From Candidatus Krumholzibacteriales bacterium (GTDB lineage: Bacteria > Krumholzibacteriota > Krumholzibacteriia > Krumholzibacteriales > WJIX01): a DNA stretch of 64,000 nucleotides. The position numbers and the translations under genes were made by a program. Shown here one piece after another: positions 50,989 through 60,769 of this stretch. The notes below the pieces were generated by a model that was not told the DNA's origin, did not search any database, and was given only the letters and a program-made list of their open reading frames with translations. Where the stretch lies: the NCBI GenBank assembly GCA_046483305.1, contig JAWODM010000034.1, positions 43,101 to 107,100 on the forward strand, given 5' to 3'. How positions within the stretch are numbered: the first letter of the stretch is position 1; each line of letters starts with the position of its first letter.

Positions 50989-51078
50989 GTGCTTAACATA
51001 ACAAAGTAAGAGTCCGCGGAGAAGTTAATTATTATTAAGGGAAGAAAAAACAGATATGAATTGCCAGTAAATATAAAA

Positions 51079-52929
51079 TCACCTTATAAGTACCAGTTTG
51101 GCTGAAGCGGTTCCGGAGTCCGTGGAGAGGAGAGCGGTATACACCCCCGAGGATACCCTGTTCCCGTATCTGTCGAACCCTTTCCAGCCGGCGCTTCCCC
51201 GGCCGTTGGGACCGCAGCTGATAATTATTGATTTTATTAATCTTCCCGAAGCTGAAAATATTTTAACCTCTCCGGTGGAGTTGGGGGTGGACTGAATCTC
51301 GATGGTGGTGGCTGGATTGAACGGGTTTGGATAATTCGCTATCACAGCTGAGCGGGCCGGAGAATCGGGAAAGCTGCTGATACCGGTATTCTCGACTATG
51401 TTCGGTTTCTTATCCCTGATTCCGGGATCGTCACTGAGAACGCTGTCGGGAGGAGGGAGAAGCGGGTTCCCTCTTTCCTCTATGCCGTCAACATTAATGT
51501 GGCCGAACTCGCCGGTGGCATTGTCGACTATGGTAAGGAACACATTCCTGCCCCGTAGCGGGTCCAGATTCCAGAATCTTTCATCCATCCGGTTGGTATT
51601 CCTCCCTGTCTCCGAGTATATTATCTCTCCGGTTTCGGCGCTGCAGATCGCTACATAGCAGCTGTCGGGCTTTTTCCCTCCTCCTACCAGAAGCCTCATT
51701 GATCTGCCCCTTACCGTGAAATTGCCGGTTCGTATCGCTCCCCTTGGATTATTGCCCTGAACGGCGCCGGGCGCCGAACCGTAAACAGGCCCGTCAAAGC
51801 ATTCATAGGTACCTATCCACCAGCTGCCCTCGAAGCCGACATCCACCGTATCCACACCGCGGTAGCGGTAAGCATTGCCGTAAACGGGCTGGTGGTCGAA
51901 TGCGTTGCCCCAGAGTTCTGTCCAGTCTCTGTCGAGGATGCGGCTTCTTCTCACTTCCGGGACCGGGGTGTCGAATGACAGGGTATCGAATCTTATGGTG
52001 TAAAGTTTCCCCGCTGCCGTGTTATAAGCGGTATGCCTGGAAAAGAGGTATTCGCCGCCGCCCTGATCCAGCAGTTCGCAGGCATGGCCTGGATCGATTA
52101 TAGACCTGGTATTTATATCCCAGCCGCCGGTAAGCGAGTCGGAGGACATATGAGAGATTCCACCCACCGTGTATTCGGTGAAAAAGAGGTGATACTTTCC
52201 GTTTTCCTTTACCAGGAATGTACTTTCCAGGATATTGCTGTTGTTGTGGACGTAAAGGGGACCCCGGTCCTCCCATACAAAATAGCTGCTCCCCCGGGCC
52301 AGGGCGATAGCTCCGTAATTATCGGTGGTCAGAGCGGTGGCCAGCATATAGTGAGTGCTGCTATCTGAAAAGTAATAGGGGTCCCTGAAATGGGACATCC
52401 GCTCCCGGTCCCATTTTATCCAGGATATATCCGCGTGGTATGGCTGAAGCAGGGGGGAGGGGTGTTTTTCCCATCCGGATATACCTGAGCTGGATGTGGC
52501 GAAGTAAATTACCTGGGCTTCATTACTGTTTACTCCGGTATAGTAGATAATGTAACTGTCGCTGTAATCAGGATTATGTATGAGGTGGGGCGCCCATATC
52601 CGGTAACTGTCCCAGCTGTCGGGCCCGGTTTCCAGGACCGGATCATGTATTTCCCAGTGCCTCAGGTCCGGTGAGCTGGCATGGCCGAATTCGGTCTCGT
52701 CGCCCCTGATGTAGAATAGATGATATATCCCTTCCCGGTAAGCCAGGGTGTGATCCTTAACCTTGAGTCCCGGATCCTCAAATACCGGTCCCTCGAAATC
52801 AATGCTCAGCAGGTCCCTGGCTGGCGCCGCCGGGAATTTCATCTTCTCCGCGCCGCAGGGCATAAGCAGGAAGGGAACAACCGCCGACCCTAACGCCACA
52901 GCCGCTGTAAACCTTCTGAACAGTATCAT
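51079..52929 (-). CDS. Secreted GH32/GH43-like beta-propeller protein with FlgD-Ig/T9SS-like C-terminal domain
   Basis: KDH, YHLFY, WAP, FRDP, LES and GHINVD motifs; C-terminal NYPNPFNP...SSGVY..KLVLIR. Confidence 0.8.
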   Translation of the reverse strand: MILFRRFTAAVALGSAVVPFLLMPCGAEKMKFPAAPARDLLSIDFEGPVFEDPGLKVKDHTLAYREGIYHLFYIRGDETEFGHASSPDLRHWEIHDPVLETGPDSWDSYRIWAPHLIHNPDYSDSYIIYYTGVNSNEAQVIYFATSSSGISGWEKHPSPLLQPYHADISWIKWDRERMSHFRDPYYFSDSSTHYMLATALTTDNYGAIALARGSSYFVWEDRGPLYVHNNSNILESTFLVKENGKYHLFFTEYTVGGISHMSSDSLTGGWDINTRSIIDPGHACELLDQGGGEYLFSRHTAYNTAAGKLYTIRFDTLSFDTPVPEVRRSRILDRDWTELWGNAFDHQPVYGNAYRYRGVDTVDVGFEGSWWIGTYECFDGPVYGSAPGAVQGNNPRGAIRTGNFTVRGRSMRLLVGGGKKPDSCYVAICSAETGEIIYSETGRNTNRMDERFWNLDPLRGRNVFLTIVDNATGEFGHINVDGIEERGNPLLPPPDSVLSDDPGIRDKKPNIVENTGISSFPDSPARSAVIANYPNPFNPATTIEIQSTPNSTGEVKIFSASGRLIKSIIISCGPNGRGSAGWKGFDRYGNRVSSGVYTALLSTDSGTASAKLVLIR

Positions 52930-52981
52930 GATCTCATTTCCCGGTTAAATTATAATATATGATCCCCCGGTCAGCCGGGTC

Positions 52982-54220
52982 CTATCTGAGAAGGACCATC
53001 TTCCTGGTATAAGTTTTCTTTCCGACAGAAAGCTTGCAGTAGTAAACCCCGGAGGGGAGATGGCCCCCGTTGGATATGGAAGCGTTCCAGGTGAAGGTAT
53101 ACTCTCCCGCCTGCCTGTATCCCAGGTCAGTTTTGCTGACAATTCTTCCCGAAGCATCATAGAAGGCTATCCGCACAAAGTTTTCTGTCCCTAAGGTGAA
53201 CGGGATATTAGTAGAGGGGTTGAATGGGTTAGGGTAGTTCTGTCCCAGCCGGTTCGGATCGAATGCTATTCCTTCCAGCTTCAACGGCCCGTAACCGGCG
53301 CCGCCGGGATTGTCTGTTTCTAAAATGTAGTAGTAATAGTCATAAGAGGGGTCCAGGCCTGAGTCTCTGAAGGAGTACTCGCTTCCATTGGAAGTGACAG
53401 GGTAGCTGTTACGCTTGTTCATATTAAGCAGATCCGGCCCGGTTCCCCTGTAGATATCGAACCCCGTCACTCCGGGATCGATGGTCGCCGACCATCTCAG
53501 CACCGCCGAATTATCCATTCTCCGGCAGTCGGCCCAGGTGATCATGGTAGCGGTTGTCTTGCTCAGGCAGATGTCTACCCTCACTGAATCCGATAACGGA
53601 AGTTCTATGCCGGTTGCCGTGGTATCTCTGTAACCCGGGGCTCCCGCATACAGTGAATATGTGGCAGGTGGAAGATTATTGAAATCGAACCTGGTGCCCG
53701 AAAAGTTACGGCAGGTCCCCAATACACGGCCCAACGAATCCATCAGGGCGACCTCTGCGTTCGCGATCTGCTCCTGCTGGACATCCGAGGTAAGGTCGCC
53801 GAAAACCCTGCTTTCAGGCCTCTCCAGGGAATAGGCGTAGGTGCTGCTGTTGAAATGGAAATAATAATATCCGCTGTCCGGCAGAGCGGTCACTATCATA
53901 GGCGGACTGTAACCGAGGGCGGCTATACCCCATCCATATTCATGGCTCCAGCCCCAGTGCTCCGGGAAGAAATCCCCGTTCATGGTGAATTTGAAATCTA
54001 TGGTATCCGGAGGAGCTCCGGGCTCATCGATAAACTGGAGCTTGATCCATTCGCTCTCTCCAAGATATGTCATATTATTTTCGGGGTCCTCGGGATGGCA
54101 GGTTATTCCGTTGAAATTGCCTACAAGCTGTATGGAGGCCGGGTCGGCGCCATAACTGCCCGCCGCAAAACCTGTCATGGAAATTAGAAACAAGACCGCT
54201 ATAAGCTTTATTTTATCCAA
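52982..54220 (-). CDS. Secreted multidomain protein with FlgD-Ig/T9SS-like C-terminal domain
   Basis: Signal peptide, CBM-like LVGNFNG..FKF segment, carboxypeptidase-regulatory-like domain, QNYPNPFNP...PSGVYY..RKMVLLR. Confidence 0.8.
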   Translation of the reverse strand: MDKIKLIAVLFLISMTGFAAGSYGADPASIQLVGNFNGITCHPEDPENNMTYLGESEWIKLQFIDEPGAPPDTIDFKFTMNGDFFPEHWGWSHEYGWGIAALGYSPPMIVTALPDSGYYYFHFNSSTYAYSLERPESRVFGDLTSDVQQEQIANAEVALMDSLGRVLGTCRNFSGTRFDFNNLPPATYSLYAGAPGYRDTTATGIELPLSDSVRVDICLSKTTATMITWADCRRMDNSAVLRWSATIDPGVTGFDIYRGTGPDLLNMNKRNSYPVTSNGSEYSFRDSGLDPSYDYYYYILETDNPGGAGYGPLKLEGIAFDPNRLGQNYPNPFNPSTNIPFTLGTENFVRIAFYDASGRIVSKTDLGYRQAGEYTFTWNASISNGGHLPSGVYYCKLSVGKKTYTRKMVLLR

Positions 54221-54668
54221 TTCTTACTTCCTGCCGGTGTATACCTGTAGATGTTCTCTCTTACCGTGGATAAATCATCATCATAATTATACATCAATTG
54301 ATATTTCATGTCAACCTTGCCGGTGACTGCCTCTTTCAAGATCCATTCCGTATAACTATATATATATTCGAGGTTATGGTGTATTACATTACCCGCATTT
54401 ATCCTGAAAAGGTGCATTTGAACTCCCGGATGGATCAAATTCAAGCATAATAGGGAGTTGCAATCGAATATCTCTTTTTAAAGGTCTTTACAACCACTTC
54501 CTCTGATCCAGGGGAACGATTGTTGCAATCGCCGTTACAGAGCAGTGGTTTTATTGCAGCTGTACCTGTATCAGCAACTTTTTGCAATATCTTCACGCTT
54601 TATGCATACTTCACGGTTCATTTCATTGATATGGAACCGGAACTACTTACGCCTGGGATTTGCAGCCT

Positions 54669-55148
54669 ATGAAAGAAACTTCTATCAGGAATGAAACCTT
54701 CGAATCGCGGAACCTCTACATCAAGGCTTCCGGCAGCGTCAGGAGAGGCAATTATCAGAGCGGGAAGTCCTACCTCGAGGATGCCGTTAAGATAGCGCCG
54801 GAAAATCCTTACTATCTATCCCTTCTCGGCTTGTGTATGGCGAAGGAGGGTTTTATCTCCCGCGGTAAATCACTGTGTTCTAAGGCGGTCAGCCTGGCTC
54901 CCGATAAATGTGAATGTTATGTCAATCTGGGGCGGGTCTTTCTTGAAGAAGACCTCAGGGAGGAAGCCAGAACGGTATTTCTCAGGGCCTACCGGATTGA
55001 CAAAAGGAATGTGGATGTGGCGATGGAGCTTTCCCGGATGGGAATCAGGCGGCCTCCGGTAATCCCTTTCCTGCAGCGTGGAAACCAGCTGAATATATTC
55101 CTGGGCAAACTGAGGCATTCCCTGCTAAACCGGATAAAAAGAACTTAA
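54669..55148 (+). CDS. TPR protein
   Basis: Three TPR-like helical repeats and a C-terminal GIRRPPVIPFL motif; start at ATG 54669 or TTG 54660. Confidence 0.82.
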   Translation: MKETSIRNETFESRNLYIKASGSVRRGNYQSGKSYLEDAVKIAPENPYYLSLLGLCMAKEGFISRGKSLCSKAVSLAPDKCECYVNLGRVFLEEDLREEARTVFLRAYRIDKRNVDVAMELSRMGIRRPPVIPFLQRGNQLNIFLGKLRHSLLNRIKRT

Positions 55149-55180
55149 ATTTTCTCCACTGATATAGTATCCTGTCCGGT

Positions 55181-56344
55181 ATGATTAACCGCAAATGGAT
55201 TATTACGCTGATAATCATTTCCGTGATGGCGGGAGGATGTTCCGGCGGGCTTAAAACCGGCAAGGCCCGGGATACGGGCAGCCGGAGGTGGCTGGTGGAC
55301 AGAGAGATACTCGGCCTGCTGGCCGAGGAGCGTTATGACAGGGTTGTTTCCCTGACCGACAGCCTGCTTCTTGCCGGAGAGGAAGATCCCCGGCTGCTGG
55401 GGCAGAGGGCCTTTGCGCTGGGGATGACCGGGCAGGAGGACCAGGCCATTTCCATGTTCGAGAAAGCCATACTGGAGGATTATCAGAACTGGTGGAACCA
55501 TTTTGCCTTCGCGCGACTGCTGGCAGGAATGGGAAGGATAGGGAGGGCTCTAACCGAATTCAGGGAGGCCGGGCGTTTCTGTGAGGGTAGGGAGTGCGCG
55601 GAAGTAAATAGAAACCTGGCGGTTACCTATATTGAGACAGGCAGAATTTCTGATGCGTACGAATTGATAAAGGAAGGGCTCAGGGAGAACCCACGGAACA
55701 GCTACCTGATAGGTTTGAAAGCGGTTATGGAAGCGAGAGCGGAGCCGGAGAGAGCCGATACCCTGCTGATGCGGGTTGCGGCCATGGATGGTATCGACAG
55801 GGGAGTGTTCATGGAATTGGGAGGCATTCTGATCAATTCCGGCAGGCCGGAAGCTGCCGCCCTGGCGTTCAGGAAGGCCTGGGAACAGGACAGAAAAGAT
55901 TATGAGGCGGGAATGAAGCTGTCCCATGCCCTGAGGGAAAGCGGAGACTACCAGGAGGCCTCGGAAGTTCTGATTAATCTGCCTCCCTCGGACACGGTCA
56001 CGGTGGAACTGGCCAGGACCCGCCTGAGACAGGGGAAGTTCTCAGAGGCGCTGGAAATATTCAGAACCGCCGGGGAGAGCGAGGCGGTCCTTGAGGGGAT
56101 GGCGGTGGCGTACTGGAAGCTGGGGAAATTGGATAAGGCGGAAAGGTACGGGAGAAGAGCGCTGGATATGAATCCTGAAAGCGTTTCCGTAATGATAAAT
56201 CTTGCGGCTATCTACGGAGCCGCCGGTAAGCTGGAAGAGGCCGAACGGCTGCTGAACAGGGTTCTGGAGATAGACAGCGGTAACAGAGCCGCCCTGGAGA
56301 ATCTCAGGCGCCTGAAAGAAGCTCAGGGTAACGGCGGGCAGTAA
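55181..56344 (+). CDS. TPR-repeat lipoprotein
   Basis: Lipobox-like AGGC after a hydrophobic stretch; multiple TPRs. Confidence 0.85.
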   Translation: MINRKWIITLIIISVMAGGCSGGLKTGKARDTGSRRWLVDREILGLLAEERYDRVVSLTDSLLLAGEEDPRLLGQRAFALGMTGQEDQAISMFEKAILEDYQNWWNHFAFARLLAGMGRIGRALTEFREAGRFCEGRECAEVNRNLAVTYIETGRISDAYELIKEGLRENPRNSYLIGLKAVMEARAEPERADTLLMRVAAMDGIDRGVFMELGGILINSGRPEAAALAFRKAWEQDRKDYEAGMKLSHALRESGDYQEASEVLINLPPSDTVTVELARTRLRQGKFSEALEIFRTAGESEAVLEGMAVAYWKLGKLDKAERYGRRALDMNPESVSVMINLAAIYGAAGKLEEAERLLNRVLEIDSGNRAALENLRRLKEAQGNGGQ

Positions 56345-56471
56345 GAGTAAAGAATTGAAAATGCTATGAAAAATCGGTTGTTATTTTAGCGGCTGAATAA
56401 TACAATAGGGTTGAATCAGGAAACAATCCTCCTCTGAAACCGTATTAATAAATGGTTTCAGAAAGGAAGGC

Positions 56472-56903
56472 ATGATTATGTACTGTAAATACTGCGGAAA
56501 GGAAATCGAGGATCAGGATCAATTCTGCCCTTACTGCGGCAAGGAGCAGATAGAACCGATTTCGGCCCGGATAAGCGACACCGGAAGAAAGTGGACAGAC
56601 CTCAAGGTTCCCAACGACACCAAGAATCCGGGAGTCGCGGCTTCCCTGGGGTTTTTCCTCGGATGGTTCTTTCTGGGCCCGATAGGTTACGTATACCTGG
56701 AGCAGTGGAACTGGTTCTGGCTGACCTTCATTATTCAGCTGTTTGCGGTTCCGCTTACCCTCGGTATTGCCTGGATCATCATTCCCGTACTGCTGGCTTT
56801 CCACCAGTACCAGCAGGCTCAGCAGATAAATAAGCTGGTCCTGGCCAGAAGAGAGAGCCAACTCGGCGAAGAGGAAATGAATGAGCGGGGAGAGCAGGAA
56901 TAA
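56472..56903 (+). CDS. Zinc-ribbon membrane protein
   Basis: YCKYCG...FCPYCG followed by KNPGVAA.. transmembrane segments. Confidence 0.82.
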   Translation: MIMYCKYCGKEIEDQDQFCPYCGKEQIEPISARISDTGRKWTDLKVPNDTKNPGVAASLGFFLGWFFLGPIGYVYLEQWNWFWLTFIIQLFAVPLTLGIAWIIIPVLLAFHQYQQAQQINKLVLARRESQLGEEEMNERGEQE

Positions 56904-56919
56904 TCAACAGTAATGAGGG

Positions 56920-57963
56920 GTGATAATTTTGGATCGAAATCTGGCTCTGGAGATGGTCAGGGTAACCGAAGCCGCGGCCCTTGCGGCAGCCCGGTTCCTG
57001 GGGAAGGGGAATCCGGAGGATGCTGATCGTGCAGCGGTATCAGCAATGGCGACGGCTATAAAGGGTGTGTCGATGAAGGGCAGAATAGTGATAGGGGAGA
57101 GCCCGGACAGGGAGCAGGCCCTTCTTTACCCCGGCTGTTTCGTGGGGAGCGGCGAAGGCACCAGGGTGGATATAGCCCTGGACGCTCTGGACTGCAGGGA
57201 ATCGCTGATTAACGGCAGGCCCAACGCGATCTCCGCGCTGGCTATGGGGCCGGAAAACACATTTATAGACTACCCTTCGCCTTTCATGCAGATGATAGGG
57301 GTAGGAGCGGAGGCTGCCGGCAATATCAACCTCAATAGTTCTGTATTCGACAATCTGGTAAAGATAGCCGGAGCCAAGAGAGAATATGTGGAGGACCTTA
57401 CCGTTGCCGTTCTTAACCGCGAAAGGCACAACGGCCTTATTGAAGAGGTAAGGGGAGCCGGAGCCAGAATCGTTATACTGGATGAGGGTGATCTGAGCGC
57501 GGCGATCTCCACCGGAATACCCAAAGCCGGGATAGATGTCATAATGGGAACCGGAAGCTCGGCTCAGGGGATAATAGCCGCCGCGGCGCTGAGGTGCATG
57601 GGCGGGGATTTTCAGGGAAGGTTCATCAACCCGGATGAAATAGAGCTGGAAGCAAATGACAGTTTTTCCCTGAAGAGTACCAGCGAGAGGTTCACCGTCA
57701 ACGGCAGGGAGCTGAGGATTGATGAGGATGCGGAGGAAATCCCTGAAGAGAAATACGAGAAGGTTTATTCTGCTGATGAGATAGTCTCGGGCGAGAATGT
57801 AATGTTCGCCACCACCGGAGTTTCCCAGACGCCTTTTCTCAAAGGCACCATCTTCAAGCCTGGCGGAGCCCTGACTCACAGCATGGTGCTGAGAAGCAAA
57901 TCGGGGACAATAAGATTTCTCAGGACTCAGCACTTCTTCGATAAGACACCCGATTATTCATGA
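56920..57963 (+). CDS. glpX: Class II fructose-1,6-bisphosphatase (GlpX) homolog with altered active site
   Basis: DRNLALEMVRVTEAAALAA, VIGE, RERH, AALRCMGG, FATTGV, THSMV.RSKSGTIR; several catalytic motifs are substituted. Confidence 0.85.
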   Translation: MIILDRNLALEMVRVTEAAALAAARFLGKGNPEDADRAAVSAMATAIKGVSMKGRIVIGESPDREQALLYPGCFVGSGEGTRVDIALDALDCRESLINGRPNAISALAMGPENTFIDYPSPFMQMIGVGAEAAGNINLNSSVFDNLVKIAGAKREYVEDLTVAVLNRERHNGLIEEVRGAGARIVILDEGDLSAAISTGIPKAGIDVIMGTGSSAQGIIAAAALRCMGGDFQGRFINPDEIELEANDSFSLKSTSERFTVNGRELRIDEDAEEIPEEKYEKVYSADEIVSGENVMFATTGVSQTPFLKGTIFKPGGALTHSMVLRSKSGTIRFLRTQHFFDKTPDYS

Positions 57964-58035
57964 TCGTTTTCATTGAAGAATTGAAGATATATTTTACCAG
58001 TTCAGCCGCGCCGGCCGGTACGGAAGGTATCGTTT

Positions 58036-59367
58036 ATGAATGACCTTTTCAGCCGTGAAAGAGCAGCCCCGCTTGCTGAGCGAATGAGGCCGAGGACCCT
58101 GGAGGAGTTCCGCGGGCAGGGAGATATAGTGGGTGAGGGGAAGGTCCTGGCGAGGATTCTCAGCAGAGGGCGGCTGGAATCTTCGCTGATATTCTGGGGC
58201 CCCCCGGGATGCGGCAAGACCACTCTGGCCCATATCATAGCTAATTCGATAGAGGCAAGATTTGTCTTCTTCTCGGCGGTTACATCAGGGATCGGAGAGG
58301 TAAGAAAGATCATTGCCGAGGCAGATTCCCTGCTCAAGATGAACGGTAAGAGAACGGTCCTGTTCGTGGATGAGATTCACAGGTTCAATAAGGCCCAGCA
58401 GGATGCGTTCCTGCCTCACATAGAGAGTGGAACTGTAGTGCTGATAGGGGCGACCACGGAGAATCCCAGTTTCGAAGTCATATCTCCCCTGCTCTCCCGG
58501 TCGAGGGTATTTATCCTGAACCCCCTTTCGCCGGATGATATAGCAGGCATAGTCAGGGAGGCGATAAACGATAAGGAGAGGGGGTTCGGAGCCAGGGATA
58601 TAGATATCACCGACGACGGGATGCATTACCTTTCAAAGTTCTCCTTCGGGGATGCCAGGACAGCATTGAACGCTCTGGAGATGGCGGTGGAATCCTTCGG
58701 CGAGCCGGACGGAAGGCTGCTTATTACCAGGGATATAGTCCAGGAGTGCATGCAGAAGAAAAACATTCTGTACGACAAGGACGGAGAGCAGCATTTCAAT
58801 CTTATCTCCGCTCTTCATAAGAGCCTCAGGGGCTCGGATCCGGATGCTTCCCTTTACTGGCTGGCCAGAATGCTCGAATCGGGGGAGGAACCGCTTTATA
58901 TAGCGCGGAGGCTGGTACGTTTCGCGTCGGAAGATATCGGAAACGCGGACCCGGATGCCCTGGCCCTTACCATAAGCGCCATGGAGGCAGTGAGGTTTCT
59001 GGGGCTTCCCGAATGCAAGCTGGCCCTGGCCCAGGCGGCTGTCTACCTGGCCTCCGCTCCCAAGAGTAATTCGGTGTATACGGCATACAGCTCGGCCGCC
59101 TCCGACGTGAAGGAGTATGGGCCTCTGCCGGTGCCGGCCTGGCTCAGAAATGCTCCAACCAGCCTGATGAAGGACCTGGGTTACGGGGAAGATTATAAAT
59201 ATCCACATGATTATACCGGCGCGATAGTACAGCAGGAGTATTTCCCCGGGGAGATAGAGGGGCGCACCTATTACCATCCGGTAAAAAGGGGTTTCGAGCG
59301 GGAAATAATCAAGCGGATCAAATACTGGCGCAGCGTCCGGGAGAGCAGGGAGAAAGATCAGGAGTAA
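58036..59367 (+). CDS. rarA: Replication-associated recombination protein A
   Basis: PLAERMRP, GPPGCGKT, DEIHRFNKAQQD, ATTENPSF, ISALHKSLRGSD and ASEDIG motifs. Confidence 0.97.
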   Translation: MNDLFSRERAAPLAERMRPRTLEEFRGQGDIVGEGKVLARILSRGRLESSLIFWGPPGCGKTTLAHIIANSIEARFVFFSAVTSGIGEVRKIIAEADSLLKMNGKRTVLFVDEIHRFNKAQQDAFLPHIESGTVVLIGATTENPSFEVISPLLSRSRVFILNPLSPDDIAGIVREAINDKERGFGARDIDITDDGMHYLSKFSFGDARTALNALEMAVESFGEPDGRLLITRDIVQECMQKKNILYDKDGEQHFNLISALHKSLRGSDPDASLYWLARMLESGEEPLYIARRLVRFASEDIGNADPDALALTISAMEAVRFLGLPECKLALAQAAVYLASAPKSNSVYTAYSSAASDVKEYGPLPVPAWLRNAPTSLMKDLGYGEDYKYPHDYTGAIVQQEYFPGEIEGRTYYHPVKRGFEREIIKRIKYWRSVRESREKDQE

Positions 59368-59380
59368 TCCCTTCCGGGCT

Positions 59381-60160
59381 CTACAGCGATTTCAGATATT
59401 CCGCGACTTCGGCCTTCTCGCGCTTTTCAGCTATCGAAAGTGCTGTTTCCCCGTCGTTTGATTCGATTTCCGGATCGGCCCCGGCCTCGATAAGTATTCT
59501 GACCGTCTCCAGGTCGCCCTCGCCGGCCGCTCTCATCAGGGCGGTCTGCCCGCCAGCTTCCCGATGGTTGACATCGGCGCCCTTTGATACCAGATACCCG
59601 ACCAGCCCCGGCATCTTCTTGTTGGCGGCAAAGAGCAGAGCGCTCAATCCGCCGGCTTCGCTGCCGGTAAGAGCCGCATTAATATCGGCCCCGTTAGCCA
59701 GGAGTGTATCGCAGACCTCAGTGGTAACATCGCCGGTGATTATTCCGAAAACCGACCTGATCAGGGGGGTCATCCCGTCCTCCGCGACCGCGTCAGCTCC
59801 GGCGCCGGCCTCAATCAGCATGTTGACCGCCGCCAATGAGTTTTCCGAGGCCCACATCAGGGGGGTGTAACCCTTTTTATCCTTTACTCTCACTTCGGCG
59901 CCTTTCTCCAGAAGGTATCTGATTATGTCATCGGTTCCCTCCAGCGCGCACGCAACCATCAGGGGGCTGGAACCGCTCATCTCCTGCCTGATATTGACAT
60001 CCATTCCGCTCTCAATCAGCTCTTTCACTTTTTCCAGGTCTCTCATGTAGATACTGCCGGCCAGTTCGTTGAAGCTGTCCTGGTCTGCTGTCTTCGCGGG
60101 TAAAGAGAAGGCCGCGAGAAGCAGGAATAGGACCGCCGGATATATGAAAGCTCTCTTCAT
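59381..60160 (-). CDS. Exported ankyrin-repeat protein
   Basis: Signal peptide and repeated GxTPL/TAL...LL..GADVN units. Confidence 0.92.
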   Translation of the reverse strand: MKRAFIYPAVLFLLLAAFSLPAKTADQDSFNELAGSIYMRDLEKVKELIESGMDVNIRQEMSGSSPLMVACALEGTDDIIRYLLEKGAEVRVKDKKGYTPLMWASENSLAAVNMLIEAGAGADAVAEDGMTPLIRSVFGIITGDVTTEVCDTLLANGADINAALTGSEAGGLSALLFAANKKMPGLVGYLVSKGADVNHREAGGQTALMRAAGEGDLETVRILIEAGADPEIESNDGETALSIAEKREKAEVAEYLKSL

Positions 60161-60270
60161 TTTTGCACCTTTCTGTTTATATTGGTGATTAGCCCGTTCA
60201 GCCGTTCTGTCGCCTTTGCGAAGATATGATACCGCAGCCCGGCCGAAAGTTCAAGATATATAGTTATTTT

Positions 60271-60462
60271 GGAGTTTCCCCAATTTTTATAATCTATCAG
60301 GTAGTTTAATTATTCGTTTGGTTTGCGGCTGAGTGATTAATATAAGATTAATCACTCAGCCGCTTCTACCAATGCTTAAGGCCGATTCCAGTTGTTATTA
60401 AAACTAAGTTGTTGTTAAAGATTACCTTACCGACATTCTGGCTTATTTTCTGGGGAAACTCC
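60271..60462. repeat. MITE-like element: 12-bp terminal inverted repeats around a 17-bp perfect hairpin
   Basis: GGAGTTTCCCCA at 60271-60282 and TGGGGAAACTCC at 60451-60462; hairpin arms at 60325-60341 and 60347-60363; a further end copy at 60479. Confidence 0.55.
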
Positions 60463-60769
60463 TGGTATAGTTAAACTTGGAGTTTCCCAATATTTTCATC
60501 AGTCAGTATTTCTTAAGTAGTTTTTCAATTTTATTGCTGATTGATATTTTAAAACCCTCTCGGAGAGCGAGCCCGGGATCGGGAGCGGGGATTTCCCCGG
60601 CCGGCGGGTAATCGGCCGCGATTCTACGAAATCAATCAACCGCAGAGGCAGTTCAGTAACACCGATTCGAGTTACTATACTGTATAGGTAAATATCATAT
60701 AGTTAGTTAGCTAAAATACTGTATTATTTTTGGGGGAATTACAGCGAATATCAATCAGAGGGAAAAATT

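Noticed and set aside
57040..57933. 297-aa minus-strand ORF
   Set aside because: Antisense shadow of the glpX homolog with no motifs.
60463..60478. Integron attC or Xer dif site (GTTAAAC)
   Set aside because: No matching RYYYAAC inverse core, cassette array or integrase, and only a partial XerD-arm resemblance.
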